DNA of 64,000 nucleotides from Mobula hypostoma (GCF_963921235.1 NC_086097.1:12648001-12712000), one strand, 5' to 3'; positions 10,978-23,299 are shown, numbered from the stretch's first letter. The notes: generated from the sequence alone by a model not told the origin. A program made the numbers and translations.

Positions 10978-11752
10978 AGTCATCAGGCCCTGATGGTATA
11001 CCTGGGAAGGCTCTGAAAACCAGTGCCAACCAACTGGCAGGTGTGTACAATGACATCTTCAATCTCTCACTGCTGCAGTCAGAGGTTCCCATCTGCTTCA
11101 GAAGGGTGACAAATCAAACCGGAGCGTAAGGACAGCAGCGTGAGCTGCCTCAATGACTATCACCCACTTGCTTTCACATCTAATGTGATGAACTGCTTTG
11201 AGAGGTTGTCATAACCAGAATTAACTCTTGCCTAAGCAGAGCCTGGACTCACTGCAGTTTGCCTATCACCACAATAGGTCCACAACTCAGCATTCAACAC
11301 AACTGTACCCTCAGTTCTAATCAACAAGCTCCAAAAATCTGGGCCTCTGTACCTCCCTCTGCAACTGGATCCTTGATTTCCTCACCAGGAAACCACAGTC
11401 TGTGTGGATTGGAAATAACATCTCCTCCTCACTAATAATCAACACTGGTGCATTTCAAGGCTGTGTGCTTAGCCCACAGCTCTACTCTCTCTGCACCCAT
11501 GATTGTGCGGCTAGGCACAGCACGAGCACCATCTATAAATTTGCCAAAACCACAACTGTTGTTGGCAGAATTTCAGATGGAGATGAAGAGGTGCACGTGA
11601 GTGAGATAGATCAGCTGGTAGAGTGGTGTTGCAACACAACATCAGTGAGACCAAGGAATCGATTGTAAACTTCAGGAAGGGGAAGTTGAAGTTGAACACA
11701 GCAGTTCTCAATAAGGGATCAGCAGTGGAAAGAGTGAGCAGTTTCAAGTCCC
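10978..11752 (+). pseudogene. Rex1/Babar LINE reverse transcriptase fragment (frameshifted)
   Basis: ANQLAGVYNDIFNLSLLQSEVP...[12 protein letters not shown]...[22 protein letters not shown]...[12 protein letters not shown]. Confidence 0.85.
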
Positions 11753-11769
11753 TGAAAGGAAAAGAAAGG

Positions 11770-11945
11770 GTCCCACCTTCTTATTCTGACTTCTTCCCCT
11801 TTCCTTTTCAGTCCTGAAGAAGGGTCTCAGCCTAAAACATCAACTGTTTGTTCCTTCCCATCGATGCTGCCTGACCTGTTGAGTTTCTCCACCATTTTCT
11901 GTGTGTTGCTCTTGATTTCCAGCATCCGCAGAATCTCTGGTGTCC
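11770..11945 (+). mobile_element. Penelope pseudo-LTR with degenerate hammerhead
   Basis: CAGTCCTGAAGAAGGGTCTCAGCCTAAAACATCAACTG then GATGCTGCCTGACCTG. Confidence 0.7.
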
Positions 11946-12307
11946 AAAGGGATAAGTTGGATAGTGATGAGAAACAAACGCTGTGATCAGGATGTGTCCA
12001 CATTTGTCAGACTTTGTGCATGAAGTTAGCACTTCTTCCCATTGTCATGGCTTTGGCAGATTAACAGTACTAATCACACTTTTTATTGCCATAGCAACTC
12101 ACCAAAGGGACCATTTTTATGACTACTTAGCTTTAGCTCGAGCTGGACAGAATGATTAAAGTCAGTCTGTACCTCTCAGCAGTGAGATCTGTGTATGGAA
12201 CTGCTGGGGCTAGGATGGCATTCATCTGGAATTCCAGAAGGTATATGACAAAATCCTTCAATGGATCTGAGAATGTTGAAGTTCATGGAATTGTCTCCTC
12301 ATAGTGT

Positions 12308-12565
12308 CATAGATTCATAGAACACTACAGTACAGAAAAAGGCCCTTCGGCCCTTCTAGACTGTGCTAATCTGTTATTCTGCTTAGACCCATCGACTGGC
12401 TCCGGGACCATAGCCCTCCATACCCCCTTCCATCCATGTACTTACCCAAACTTCTCATAAATGTTGCAATTACTTCTGCTGGCAGCTCATTCCCCAGTCA
12501 CAACACATTCACATCAGTTCCCCTTAAATACTTCACCTTTCACCCTTAATCTGTGATCTCTAAAC
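12308..12565 (-). mobile_element. CR1-clade LINE 3' end
   Basis: CATAGAACACTACAGTACAGAAAAAGGCCCTTCGGCCC tail. Confidence 0.6.
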
Positions 12566-12784
12566 CTCATTTCTTGCCAGTCTGCAAATTTCCTGGCTTG
12601 ATAAATAATTTGCCTTTCATTTCATGAGCTTCAACTTTCTGGTCTCTTATGAATGAATTTTATCAAATGCCTCCTGAATTCTGTACAAATGTCATCCATA
12701 AACATTCCCATCACTATTACTGTTATCTCCTCAAAATTTCTGTCAAGTTTGTCAGAGTTAATTTCAGCAGCAGTGATTGCATTG

Positions 12785-13797
12785 AACCATAGAACCATAA
12801 AAACTACAGCACAGAAACAGGCCTTTTGGCCCTTCTTGGCTGTGCCGAACCATTTTCTGCCTAGTCCCACTGACCTGCACACGGACCATATCCCTCCATA
12901 CACCTCCCATCCATGTATCTGTCCAATTTATCCTTAAATGTTAAAAAAGAACCCGCATTTACCACCTCGTCTGGCAGCTCATTCCATACTCCCACCACTC
13001 TCTGTGTGAAGAAGCCCCCCCAATGTTCCCTTTAAACTTTTCCCCCCTCACCCTTAACCCATGTCCTCTGGTTTTTTTCTCCCCTTGCCTCAGTGGAAAA
13101 AGCCTGCTTGCATTCACTCTATCTATACCCATCATAATTTTATATACTTCTATCAAATCTCCCCTCATTCTTCTACGCTTCAGGGAATAAAGTCCTAACC
13201 TATTCAACCTTTCTCTGTAACTGAGTTTCTCAAGTCCCGGCAACAACCTTGTAAACCTTCTCTGCACTCTTTCAACCTTATTTATATCCTTCCTGTAATT
13301 TGGTGACCAAAACTGAACACGATACACCAGATTCAGCCTCACCAATGCCTTATACAACCTCATCATAACATTCCAGCTCTTATACTCAATACTTCGATTA
13401 ATAAAGGCCAATGTACCAAAAGCTCTCTTTACGACCCTATCTACCTGTGACGCCACTTTTAGGGAATTTTGTATCTGTATTCCCAGATCCCCCTGTTCCA
13501 CTGCACTCCTCAGTGCCTTATCATTAACCCTGTATGTTCTACCTTGGTTTGTCCTTCCAATGTGCAATACCTCACACTTGTCTGTATTAAACTCCATCTG
13601 CCATTTTTCAGCCCATTTTTCCAGCTGGTCCAAGTCCCTCTGCAGGCTCTGAAAACCTTCCTCACTGTCGACAACACCTCCAATCTTTGTATCATCAGCA
13701 AATTTGCTGATCCAGTTTACCACATTATCATCCAGATCATTGATATAGATGACAAATAACAATGGATCCAGCACTGATCCCTGTGGCACACCACTAG
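12785..13797 (-). mobile_element. 5'-truncated CR1-clade LINE (copy A)
   Basis: SGVPQGSVL...ISKFADDTKIGG...RGDLIEVYKIM in ORF 12959-13882; (AACCATAG)n tail. Confidence 0.92.
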
Positions 13798-13806
13798 GAG
13801 AGGGTA

Positions 13807-15716
13807 CATAGAAACATAGAAAATAGGTGCAGGAGTAGGCCATTCGGCCCTTCGAGCCTGCACCGCCATTTATTATGATCATGGCTGATCATCCAACTCA
13901 GAACCCCGCCCCAGCCTTCCCTCCATACCCCCTGACCCCCGTAGGCACAAAGGCCATATCTAACTCCCTCTTAAATATAGCCAATGAACTGGCCTCAACT
14001 GTTTCCTGTGGCAGAGAATTCCACAGATTCACCACTCTCTGTGTGAAGAAGTTTTTCCTAATCTCGGTCCTAAAAGGCTTCCCCTCTATCCTCAAACTGT
14101 GACCCCTCGTTCTGGACTTCTCCAACATCGGGAACAATCTTCCTGCATCTAGCCTGTCCAATCCCTTTAGGATCTTATACGTTTCAATCAGATCCCCCCT
14201 CAATCTTCTAAATTCCAACGAGTACAAGCCCAATTCATCCAGTCTTTCTTCATATGAAAGTCCTGCCATCCCAGGAATCAATCTGGTGAACCTTCTTTGT
14301 ACTCCCTCTATGGCAAAGATGTCTTTCCTCAGATTAGGGGACCAAAACTGCACACAATACTCCAGGTGTGGTCTCACCAAGGCCTTGTACAACTGCAGTA
14401 ATACCTCCTTGCTCCTGTACTTGAATCCTCTCGCTATAAATGCCAGCATACCATTCACCTTTTTCACCGCCTGCTGTACCTGCATGCCCACTTTCAATGA
14501 CTGGTGTATAATGACACCCAGGTCTCGTTGCACCTCCCCTTTTCCTAATCGGCCACCATTCAGATAATAATCTGTTTTCCTATTTTTGCCACCAAAGTGG
14601 ATAACTTCACATTTATCCACATTAAATTGCAACTGCCATGAATTTGCCCACTCACCCAACCTATCCAAGTCACCCTGCATCCTCTTAACATCCTCCTCAC
14701 TGCTAACACTGCCACCCAGCTTCGTGTCATCCGCAAACTTGGAGATGCTGCATTTAATTCCCTCACCCAAGTCATTAATATATATTGTAAACAACAGGGG
14801 TCCCAGCACTGAGCCTTGCGGTACCCCACTAGTCACCGCCTGCCATTCTGAAAAGGTCCCGTTTATTCCCACTCTTTGCTTCCTGTCTGCTAACCAATTC
14901 TCCACCCACACCAATACCTTACACCCAATACCGTGTGCTTTAAGTTTGCACACTAATCTCCTGTGTGGGACCTTGTCAAAAGCCTTTTGAAAATCCAAAT
15001 ATACCACATCCACTGGTTCTCCCCTATCCACTCTACTAGTTACATCCTCAAAAAATTCTATGAGATTCGTCAGACATGATTTTCCTTTCACAAATCCATG
15101 CTGACTTTGTCCGATGATTTCACCGCTTTCCAAATGTGCTGTTATCACATTCTTGATAACTGACTCCAGCAGTTTCCCCACCACCGACGTTAGGCTAACC
15201 GGTCTATAATTCCCCAGTTTCTCTCTCCCTCCTTTTTTAAAAAGTGGGGTTACATTAGCCACCCTCCAATCCTCAGGAACTAGTCCAGAATCTAACGAAT
15301 TTTGAAAAATTATCACTAATGCATCCACTATTTCTTGGGCTACTTCTTTAAGCACTCTAGGATGCAGACCATCTGGCCCTGGGGATTTATCTGCCTTTAA
15401 TCCCTTCAATTTACCTAACACCACTTCCCTACTAACATGTATTTCGCTCAGTTCCTCCATCTCACTGGACCCTCTGTCCCTTAATATTTCTGGAAGATTA
15501 TTTATGTCCTCCTTAGTGAAGACAGAACCAAAGTAATTATTCAATTGGTCTGCCATGTCCTTGCTCCCCATAATCAATTCACCTGTTTCTCTCTGCAGGG
15601 GATCAATCCTTTAAGTGTCATTTGCCGGTCTATCTTAGCTAATTCACGTCTCATACCTTCAAAGTTACCCCTCTTTAAGTTCAGAACGTTTGTTTCTGAA
15701 TTAACTGAATTAACTA
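13807..15716 (-). mobile_element. 5'-truncated CR1-clade LINE (copy B, young, internal deletion near 15602)
   Basis: Uninterrupted RT ORF, (CATAGAAA)n tail; 15603-15706 encodes upstream linker LNLKRGNFEGMRRELAKID. Confidence 0.93.
13898..15577 (-). CDS. CR1 LINE ORF2 fragment: reverse transcriptase plus C-terminus, endonuclease absent
   Basis: 559 aa, no stops: KSPGPDG, NYRPVSLTSVVGKLLE, YLDFQKAFDKVPH, GVPQGSVLGP, FADD. Confidence 0.92.
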   Translation of the reverse strand: MIMGSKDMADQLNNYFGSVFTKEDINNLPEILRDRGSSEMEELSEIHVSREVVLGKLKGLKADKSPGPDGLHPRVLKEVAQEIVDALVIIFQNSLDSGLVPEDWRVANVTPLFKKGGREKLGNYRPVSLTSVVGKLLESVIKNVITAHLESGEIIGQSQHGFVKGKSCLTNLIEFFEDVTSRVDRGEPVDVVYLDFQKAFDKVPHRRLVCKLKAHGIGCKVLVWVENWLADRKQRVGINGTFSEWQAVTSGVPQGSVLGPLLFTIYINDLGEGIKCSISKFADDTKLGGSVSSEEDVKRMQGDLDRLGEWANSWQLQFNVDKCEVIHFGGKNRKTDYYLNGGRLGKGEVQRDLGVIIHQSLKVGMQVQQAVKKVNGMLAFIARGFKYRSKEVLLQLYKALVRPHLEYCVQFWSPNLRKDIFAIEGVQRRFTRLIPGMAGLSYEERLDELGLYSLEFRRLRGDLIETYKILKGLDRLDAGRLFPMLEKSRTRGHSLRIEGKPFRTEIRKNFFTQRVVNLWNSLPQETVEASSLAIFKRELDMAFVPTGVRGYGGKAGAGF

Positions 15717-16080
15717 GAATAGATTTTCTAAGACATTGCCTGGGCTGGAGTGTTTTTGCTATGAAGAGAGCCTGGATAGGCCGGCTTTGTTATCTCTAGA
15801 ACAGAGAAGGCTGAAGAGGACCTGACTGAGGCGTACAAACTTATAAGGAGCAGAAATAGTGTAGATAATAATGAACTTTTCCACAAAGATGTGCATAAGC
15901 AAATGACATAGGTTTAGGGGGTGAGAGGAAAATTCTTTTTATTCAAACAGCTATTGAAATCTGGTCAAGACAGGCTCAGTATTTGGTGAGCACTCTAAAT
16001 GCCACAGTATGGAGGGTAAGGGGCTCGGTACTGCAAAATAAAATCTATACAGGCAGATTCTTGAAGGACACAGGGAGTCT
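15717..16080 (+). mobile_element. Old CR1 3' fragment (host of copies A and B)
   Basis: Joins with 12773-12784 and 13798-13808 to read VIALERVQNRFSKTLPG; SLEQRRLK follows. Confidence 0.6.
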
Positions 16081-16609
16081 TCTCCATTCTCTATGAAGCT
16101 ATGGCTTAATGGCAGATGCTCAAAGAGGGTATGATCCAGGGAATGAGTTCCAGGGCCACGCACGCCTTTCCTCATTTACCTCCTTCACCTCCTTCTTACC
16201 CACCTCCTGTTCTGAATTACTGGTGAAGTGGCTGTGGCTGTCACCCGAAAAACACTGAAGGTGGTGATATAGAAGTCTTTATCCATCACAACAAGCAGGC
16301 ATTCTTCTGGAGATCCTCTCGGTACAGTCTCACAAAACTCATGAGTATATCACACTTTGATACACGTAAGATATAAGTTAACGGTAGGTGATTCAACACA
16401 ATTTCAAAAGTTACAATGACATTGTTTACTACAATGCTTTGGGTTGACAATGCTGCCTCTGAATTGCATATTGACAGTGAGAGACACCTCTGAATGTTTA
16501 AATAGCTTTGCTGGGACAAACTCATTGATGTGATAGTATCAGTCTGGTCTGCAAGCTTCCTTGAACTGTTTTACAGTGAAATCTTCCAGATGGCTCCCGA
16601 TCCAAAGGA

Positions 16610-17035
16610 TAGAAAAAGAAGGTTGAGTGTACTTGGCCTTTTCTCCTTGGAGCAACGGAGGATGAGAGGTGACCTGATAAAGGTGTATAAGATGATGAGG
16701 GGCATTGATCGTGTGGATAGTCAGAGGCTTTTTTCCCAAGGGCTGAAATGGCTAACATGAGGGGGGCGTAGTTGTAAGGTGCTTGGAAATAGGTACCGAG
16801 GGAATATCAGGGGTAAGCTTTTCACACAGAGAGCTGTGGGTGTATGGAATGCACTGCCAGCGGTGGTGGTGGAAGCAGATACAATAGGGTCTTTTAAGAA
16901 CCTCTTAGATAGGTACATGGAGCTTAGAAAAATAGAGGGCTAAGTGCTAGGGAAATTCTGTGCAGTCTCTCGAGTAGGTTACATGGTTGAAACAACATTG
17001 TGGGCCGAAGGGCCTGTAATGCGCCGTAAATTTCA
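16610..17035 (+). mobile_element. CR1-clade LINE 3' fragment
   Basis: LGLFSLEQRRMRGDLIKVYKMMRGIDRV; GGGCCGAAGGGCCTG tail. Confidence 0.85.
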
Positions 17036-17244
17036 ATGGATTAAAGAGCCACCCTCTCTGAGGAGCCGTTTTATGATTCTCTACCTCTCCGATCTAGTGT
17101 TGTGGCTCAGGATCGAGGGTCACAAGAGGTTTGAGCAAATGAAGGTCACTGTGACCCCCAGCCTGGATGCCAACATATTCCAATGGTTCCAAAGCTGCAT
17201 TTCATTCTGGGAGCAGTAAAGAATTCAAAGTATTCAGTCCTTGG

Positions 17245-17910
17245 AAGTGTAGCGGTTAGCGTGGTGCTGTCACAGCACCATCATTTTTTTTTACTGCCCT
17301 TTATGCTGCTGGTATTTAGGGCAGCAATGAAGGTCCTCCATATTCTGGGAGTGTTCAGAGCTTCCTTCATTGTGCCAGTAGATTCCTCTCGGTTTTCACT
17401 ACTGTCGGTCATGCAAGTCCCGGGTGGAGACTCGGGAACACCATTGCACTCAGATGTAGAAGGAATCTTCATTGCTGTTTCCCTAACAGTTTTTTTGACC
17501 CGTCAGGGTTGTTAGCCCTGAGCTGAATCTCCAAACCTGGAGGATTGGCGGACCATTCTTAGTCTGTCTGGCCTCTACCCTTTGAAGTGTTTGGCATGGG
17601 TGATCCTATCAAGAGCTAAAGCATACTGCCCTGACTCCAGCCAAGGTAGGTCTCTAGGTCATTGAGCCTCCAAACCCTAGGACAAGATTGTGGTCCTGTT
17701 GGAGGTTCAACACCACCAACTCAGGTTCAATTCCACCGCTGTCTATAAGGAGTGTATATGTCCTTTCCATGAACATGTTGGTTTCTTCCTAGTCTCCAAT
17801 TTATTCCCAAGACATACAAGTTAGCAGGTTAATTGGTCACATGGGTGCAATTGGGTGCTGTGGGCTGTGCTGTGTCTGTAAACAAGTAAATAAATAAATA
17901 AATACAAATA
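17245..17910 (+). mobile_element. V-domain SINE split by an RTE family A insertion
   Basis: tRNA-like head at 17245-17282, body resumes at 17708, (TAAA)n tail. Confidence 0.55.
17284..17706 (-). mobile_element. Non-autonomous RTE-like element, family A
   Basis: Homology to 4847-5250; degenerate TSD CAGCACCATCA/CAACACCACCA. Confidence 0.65.
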
Positions 17911-18509
17911 AGAATGTGGTGAATTTCACAGCATGTGAGTTCAGTCAATGGAAAACCCTGTCTTCAAAACTATTTTTCTTGCTGTCCAATCTCTCCCAAG
18001 ATTGAAGGAGGTGAATTCTGCTATACTGGAGATGGGGACTGTCTGTGACCTCACTGATAAAATGATAGGTCTGGAGCAGAAACTGATCCCAATCCAAACC
18101 TCTCCACCCACTGGCAACGGAATCTGGTTATCTTCTGCAGCACCTCTAGTGGCTGTTATAAGCAGTATACCTCTGCCAATATCTCCTTCTTAAAATAGTG
18201 TCCCATGTCTTGCTGCTTGATATTGTGTTCAGTGATGTATCTCCTGCTGAGGACCTTCTCCTTTCTGTCATTTGGTTGACTGCTCTGTGTGCCCTTGCCT
18301 CATTGTCCCCCTGTGTGACGTTGTGAGTCAAATTGATATGAGCAACGCTGTCAGGGAGTAATGATGCCCTATTCCTTCTTCAAAACTGAGCAACATAGAT
18401 CGTCAAAGTTGACACAGTGTCTGGAAAAATACTATCCTGGAACTCACTCCAGCCAGCACTTCATAGATCAATCACAAACAAACCTGGAACTAACTGATAG
18501 CCACAAGCC

Positions 18510-18985
18510 ATTCTGCAGATGTTGGAAATCCTGAGCGACACACACAAAATGCTGGACGATCTCAGCAAGTGAGGCAGCATCTGTGAAGAGGAATAGAGAA
18601 TCGAGACCCTTCATCAGGACTGGGAAGGGGGCAGAAACCAGAATCCAGTTTTGAAGGAGGAAGTGCACAGTATGCTTCATTGTACCCATTGCTCATGTTC
18701 ATTTCACTTGCAACGGCACATGTGGAGGAAGGGCCCACTGAGCATTCAACCAAATAACACAGCCAGGAGAGAGTCCTTTCACCACTGAACACAATTGCAA
18801 GCAGCATGGCATGACATAGCTTATATCAGTATATCTGGCTTTGGTCCTCTCCTTCCCATCCACTCACCTCCTTAATCTGCCTTCTCCCCCTTCCCCTTTA
18901 GTCTGAAACATTGAATACTTATTCCCCACCATGGATGCTGCCTGACCGGCTCAGTTCCTCCAGCATTTTGTGTGCATTGCTGGAA
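18510..18985. mobile_element. Two oppositely oriented Penelope pseudo-LTR fragments (18510-18650 -, 18830-18985 +)
   Basis: CTGCAGATGTTGG...GAGACCCTTCATCAGGACTGG and GATGCTGCCTGACC...CCTCCAGCATTTTGTGTG. Confidence 0.55.
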
Positions 18986-19502
18986 GTAATTAATGATTTC
19001 TAAAGCACAGGTGCAGTGGGAGAGGGCGGCTGGCTTCCAAACCACAGGTTACGGTGTGAACTGGAGCCAGAGCATTTGCTGCCTTATTGGGTTTAGTTTG
19101 TCAGCACTAGGATCAAGTCAGCATTGCGTGCTGACCATGAACACAGTGTTGACATGCATAGGGGCACTCACCGTCATCCTATGATTTCTTCACGCTTCAT
19201 CCTATGGATCAGTATGTTAGAGCTGACAGCAAATTGGCACACACAGTGCCAATGCAATGGGCGTAAAACTGAGAGAATCATAGGGTTGTTGCAGCAGGAG
19301 AAGGCGGCCATTCACAACAGACTCATTGCAACTACCATTGGGCTGGAGGAATAGAAGCATTAGGCCCTACACCCCCATGTTCAGGAACAGTTATTGCCCT
19401 TTACCCATTAGGCTCCTGAACCAGTGCGGATAACTTCAATCACCAGAATACTGAATCAATTCCACAACCTATAGACTGACATTCAAGGACTCTACAACTC
19501 GT

Positions 19503-19904
19503 ACTTACTGCATGTTATGCCGCTGGCGTTAAGGGCAGCAATGAAGGTCCGTCATCTCTAACACTTCAGGGCTTTCTTCATCACGTCAGTAGCTTCCTCT
19601 CGTTTTTCAGCACTGTCAGTCATGCCAGTCCCAGGCGGAGACACAGGAATAATATCACACTCAGACATAGAAGGATTCTTCATTGCTGTTTCCGTAACAA
19701 TTTTGTTTTACGAGTCAGAGTTGTTAGCCCTGAGCTGAACCAGTGGACCACTCTTAGTCTGGTCTGTACCCTTTGACCTATTAGGCAAGGGTGACCCTAC
19801 CTAGAGTCAAAGTATAAAGCCCTGACTCCAGCCAACATGGCTCTCTAGGTCATTCAGGCAGTCAAGCCTCCAAACCCTACAATAAGGTAGTTGTCCTCTT
19901 GGAG
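19503..19904 (-). mobile_element. Non-autonomous RTE-like element, family A, inside a Rex1 3' end (19365-20130 +)
   Basis: Homology; TSD TCTACAACTC(G/A)TA on both sides. Confidence 0.65.
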
Positions 19905-20240
19905 TCTACAACTCATATTCTCAGTATTATTTATTTACATTTTTTTATTATTTGCATGATTTGTTTTCCTTTGCATGTTGGTTATTTGTCAGTCTTTATT
20001 AAGTGTAGTTTATACATAAATTCTACTGTATTTCTTTACTTTTCTGTAAATGCCTGCAAAAAAATGGGTCTTAATGTAGTATATGGTGACCTATAGTCTA
20101 TGCACTTTGATAATAAATTTACTTTGAACTATGACGTTCTGTTACAGCAGACCCATTCCCTGGTTCTTCCTTACAAAATACTCCGATTTCAGAAGGTTTT
20201 GTTTGTATGAATAGAGTAGCCAGTGACCTGTCGAGGCAGA

Positions 20241-20245
20241 GCGCG

Positions 20246-20310
<65 letters not shown>
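20241..20310. repeat. (GC)n(AC)n compound microsatellite
   Basis: Seen directly. Confidence 0.97.
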
Positions 20311-20312
<2 letters not shown>

Positions 20313-21479
20313 GACCCTTTAGAAATGAAATGCATGACCATCACCAGTAATAATGGTACAAGATTCCATGTTGTGAGTACAGGGTTCCTTGGAGCCTAGG
20401 CATTCTGATGCAAACTCTGCAGTTTATAAGTATACAGGGGCTGATTTTCCAGCCAGCGATCTTTAAAACCCTTATTTTTTGATAAATGCTTTCAATTATG
20501 CTCCACATGGGAAATGAGGCAGCTTAATTTATGGCTGGCGATAATCAGTTTAACACTTTAGCAAGCGGGAACTTGACCTTTTGCTCCGTCTAAGACACCA
20601 GGCAAGCGATCCCCTCTGTGACCTGATTAGAAAATGTTGATCCAATGGTGCAGTAAATGAGGAGGCCTTGATTTTATTATGACAGTGATCACACCCCGCG
20701 AGGAGGATGAACAGTTGTGAAGGAGATGGTAACCGTTAGCATTCTCCCCACTTACTTGCATGCTCCTCAGGAAGTAGGCGCTCTGTGTGTGGAATGGGCC
20801 GACAATGCTCTAGGCAGCCAACACTCGCACTGAGCCCGGGGTGAAAGTCTATAGTCTGGTGCTCGTGTCAAAGCTGCAGCATTCTAAGGCCACCTCCCTC
20901 CCCAGGACACTGTCATAGCTCAGAATGAGCCGAAGTGAAAATTGCTGGTTACTCACTCTCCTGACTCTAATAATTGGTCAGTACTTCACACGTTTGCTCC
21001 ACACACAAGATGCGCATTTGTATCAGAGATGTTCCTGTGTGCAAAAATACAGATATTTATTCACTGCTATTACTGCCTGAGGTGGTGGACAGATGAGGCT
21101 GTCTGTCTCCCACGCTGGAACAGCTTGTCCTGGTCACAGATATCAGCTCTTCTGCCATCATGGGAAGGCATAAACTTGCACCTACTTTAACAGCAAATGT
21201 GATGAAATATAATTTACTCCTTTATTTTAAGTGCAGTTTGCAAATTTGCCACCCCATCACTTCAGCGTAAACAGCCCTGCGTTAGTATGCGATTGTACAG
21301 GGTCGGCAACTGTTGTCAGTGAGAGTTACAGAGCTGTCTCTGTCTCGCTCGCACCGTCTCACCATATGATGGATAATTAAGCTTTTTAAGATTCTCGCAA
21401 ATGCCCCACAAAACATGAATTTCAGTCTGCACCTAAATCTGATAAATCCTGTCAACAAGGAGCTGCTGTTCTGAAGAAA

Positions 21480-21720
21480 AGAAATATGAGTTTGCATTTA
21501 TGTAACATAGCTTGCATCCCTCTCAAGACTCTTTACCATGAAGTATTTAGTGAAGTGTAGTAGCACACAGCAAGCTCCTATGGACAGGAGTATAGCAAAA
21601 AACAGATTATCTGTTTTTTTTTCCTGTGATGTTGACTGAGGGGTAAGTATTTGCTACTAATGTACCATTCTTCAATATTGTGCCCAGGAATCTGTTAGCT
21701 CTCTCAGAGACCTGACTTTG
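21480..21720 (-). mobile_element. Degraded Deu-domain SINE
   Basis: TTGCATTTATGTAAC...ATGAAGTATT...GAAGTGTAGT...CACAGCAAG...TGATGTTGACTGAGGGGTAA. Confidence 0.5.
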
Positions 21721-21827
21721 AATTACTTACATCACATGTAGGCAGCAGAGAAAATTATGGTACAGTAACTAAACTACTCAGTTCCCTGTTATGTAGACAC
21801 CATGAACACGTGTGGATGTTTACCTCA

Positions 21828-21990
21828 TAAACACCAGAGATTCTGCAAATGCTGGAATTCCAGAGTAACACACAGAAAATGCTGGAGGAACATAGCAGGT
21901 CAGGCAGCATCTATGGAATTGAACAAAATAGTTGACGTTTCAGGCCAAGACCCTTCTTCAGGACTGGAAAGGAAAGGGGAAGAACTGGCA
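21828..21990 (-). mobile_element. Penelope pseudo-LTR
   Basis: Same family motifs as 1-217. Confidence 0.7.
21930..21966 (-). ncRNA. Minimal hammerhead motif (core intact, stem I mismatch)
   Basis: Minus strand CAGTC-CTGAAGA-A-GGG tcttgg CCT-GAAAC-GTC-AACT. Confidence 0.6.
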
Positions 21991-22369
21991 AGAACACTTG
22001 TTTTCCAGCCGAAATGTTAGATCAACTATCTTCATATCTTCCCTGACCTCTCTCCAAACATCTGAATTATCTGTGACTCCATGACCTTGCCTCTGTCTGT
22101 AGAAATGAATGTTGCACCTTCTTTGATATTTAATGGTGAATATAGGTGCTGAGGGAAACTGTCTTGAACTGTTTCTACTTTTCATCCTCTGTGTCTCTTT
22201 CAGAAGTTGGGTGTTGTGTGATATTATCGCTCCATCAGAGTTTTCTGAGTATAATTGCAGTGCAAAGTAATCACAGCGTTGCTACAGTGAGGTACTATTT
22301 AGAATTGTACAGGTTGGTTCAAGAACTGAATGGTTGAAGGGAAGGTGTCGTTTCTGAATCTGATCGTGT

Positions 22370-22805
22370 AATATCGGACAGCGAGCTGCAAGGTCTCCAG
22401 CTCTCATCGTTGCTGGAGCTCTCTGTCTCTCTGTCTCTCTGTCTCTCTCTCGTTGGTGAGAGAGAGCCTGTCTAAGATACCGAAGTGCTAGGTTATGGAT
22501 TGTAGTTTTAGATGGACTCCAGGTCAAGGTCTCTTTGGGGACTTTTGCTATTGCTTGCATGGTGTGGAGAGGAGGGTGCGTCACTGCAAATGCATCAGCT
22601 GTTGCAAGTGGTGGGGCAGGGGAGTGCAAGAGTCGATGTTTCTGCTATTGGTTGTGCATAAGAGAGGGAGAGTGGGCTTTGGGGTTCTGATGCCTCTGTC
22701 ATTCATTCTCTGGGGTCTTCTGTTTCACGGTTGTCTGTGAAGAATAAGAATTTCAGGTTATATGCTGTATATGTTCTCCAATATTAAATTGAACCATTGA
22801 ACCAT
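22370..22805 (+). mobile_element. Non-autonomous LINE-derived element with Rex/L2-like 3' end
   Basis: GAATTTCAGGTTATATG...ATTAAATTGAACCATTGAACCATT tail. Confidence 0.4.
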
Positions 22806-23299
22806 TTATTTGGAAATACAATCTTGAATGTAGTGTCACAATGCACACAGAAAGCTGGAGGAACTCGGCAGCTCAGGCAGCACCTATGGAAAGGAATAAA
22901 CAGTCGACGATTCAGGCTGAGACCCTTCTTCACAGCTGAGTCCCTCCAGCATTTTGTAGGTGGGGATTTGCCTCATGTATTTAATCAGTGAGCTTCACTT
23001 CACTTCCTCCTTTCCTGATTAGGACCATTCGGAACATATTGCTGTCTAAGTTCTAAAACTGATCTTCGCTAACACTCTCATCCAAATTCAGGAAACATAG
23101 TACCACTGGAGGCCAATTATAGATAATTTTATCCTTTGCCAACAACAATCATTTATAGAGCTACTGCTGTGCTAGTAAATTCAAAGCAAAATTCTGTTTT
23201 AGGGCATTCATTTATAGCATTTTCTGTCAAATAAAAACTTCACTTATGACCCATTTACAACTTATATTATTGTAGATATGACATAGCACCTTCTTCACA

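Noticed and set aside
12959..13882. 307-aa ORF as a gene
   Set aside because: Chimeric: the N-terminus is the 3' UTR of CR1 copy B read into the truncated RT of copy A
16250..16370. Possible exon ending at GTAAGA
   Set aside because: No convincing acceptor and no recognisable protein
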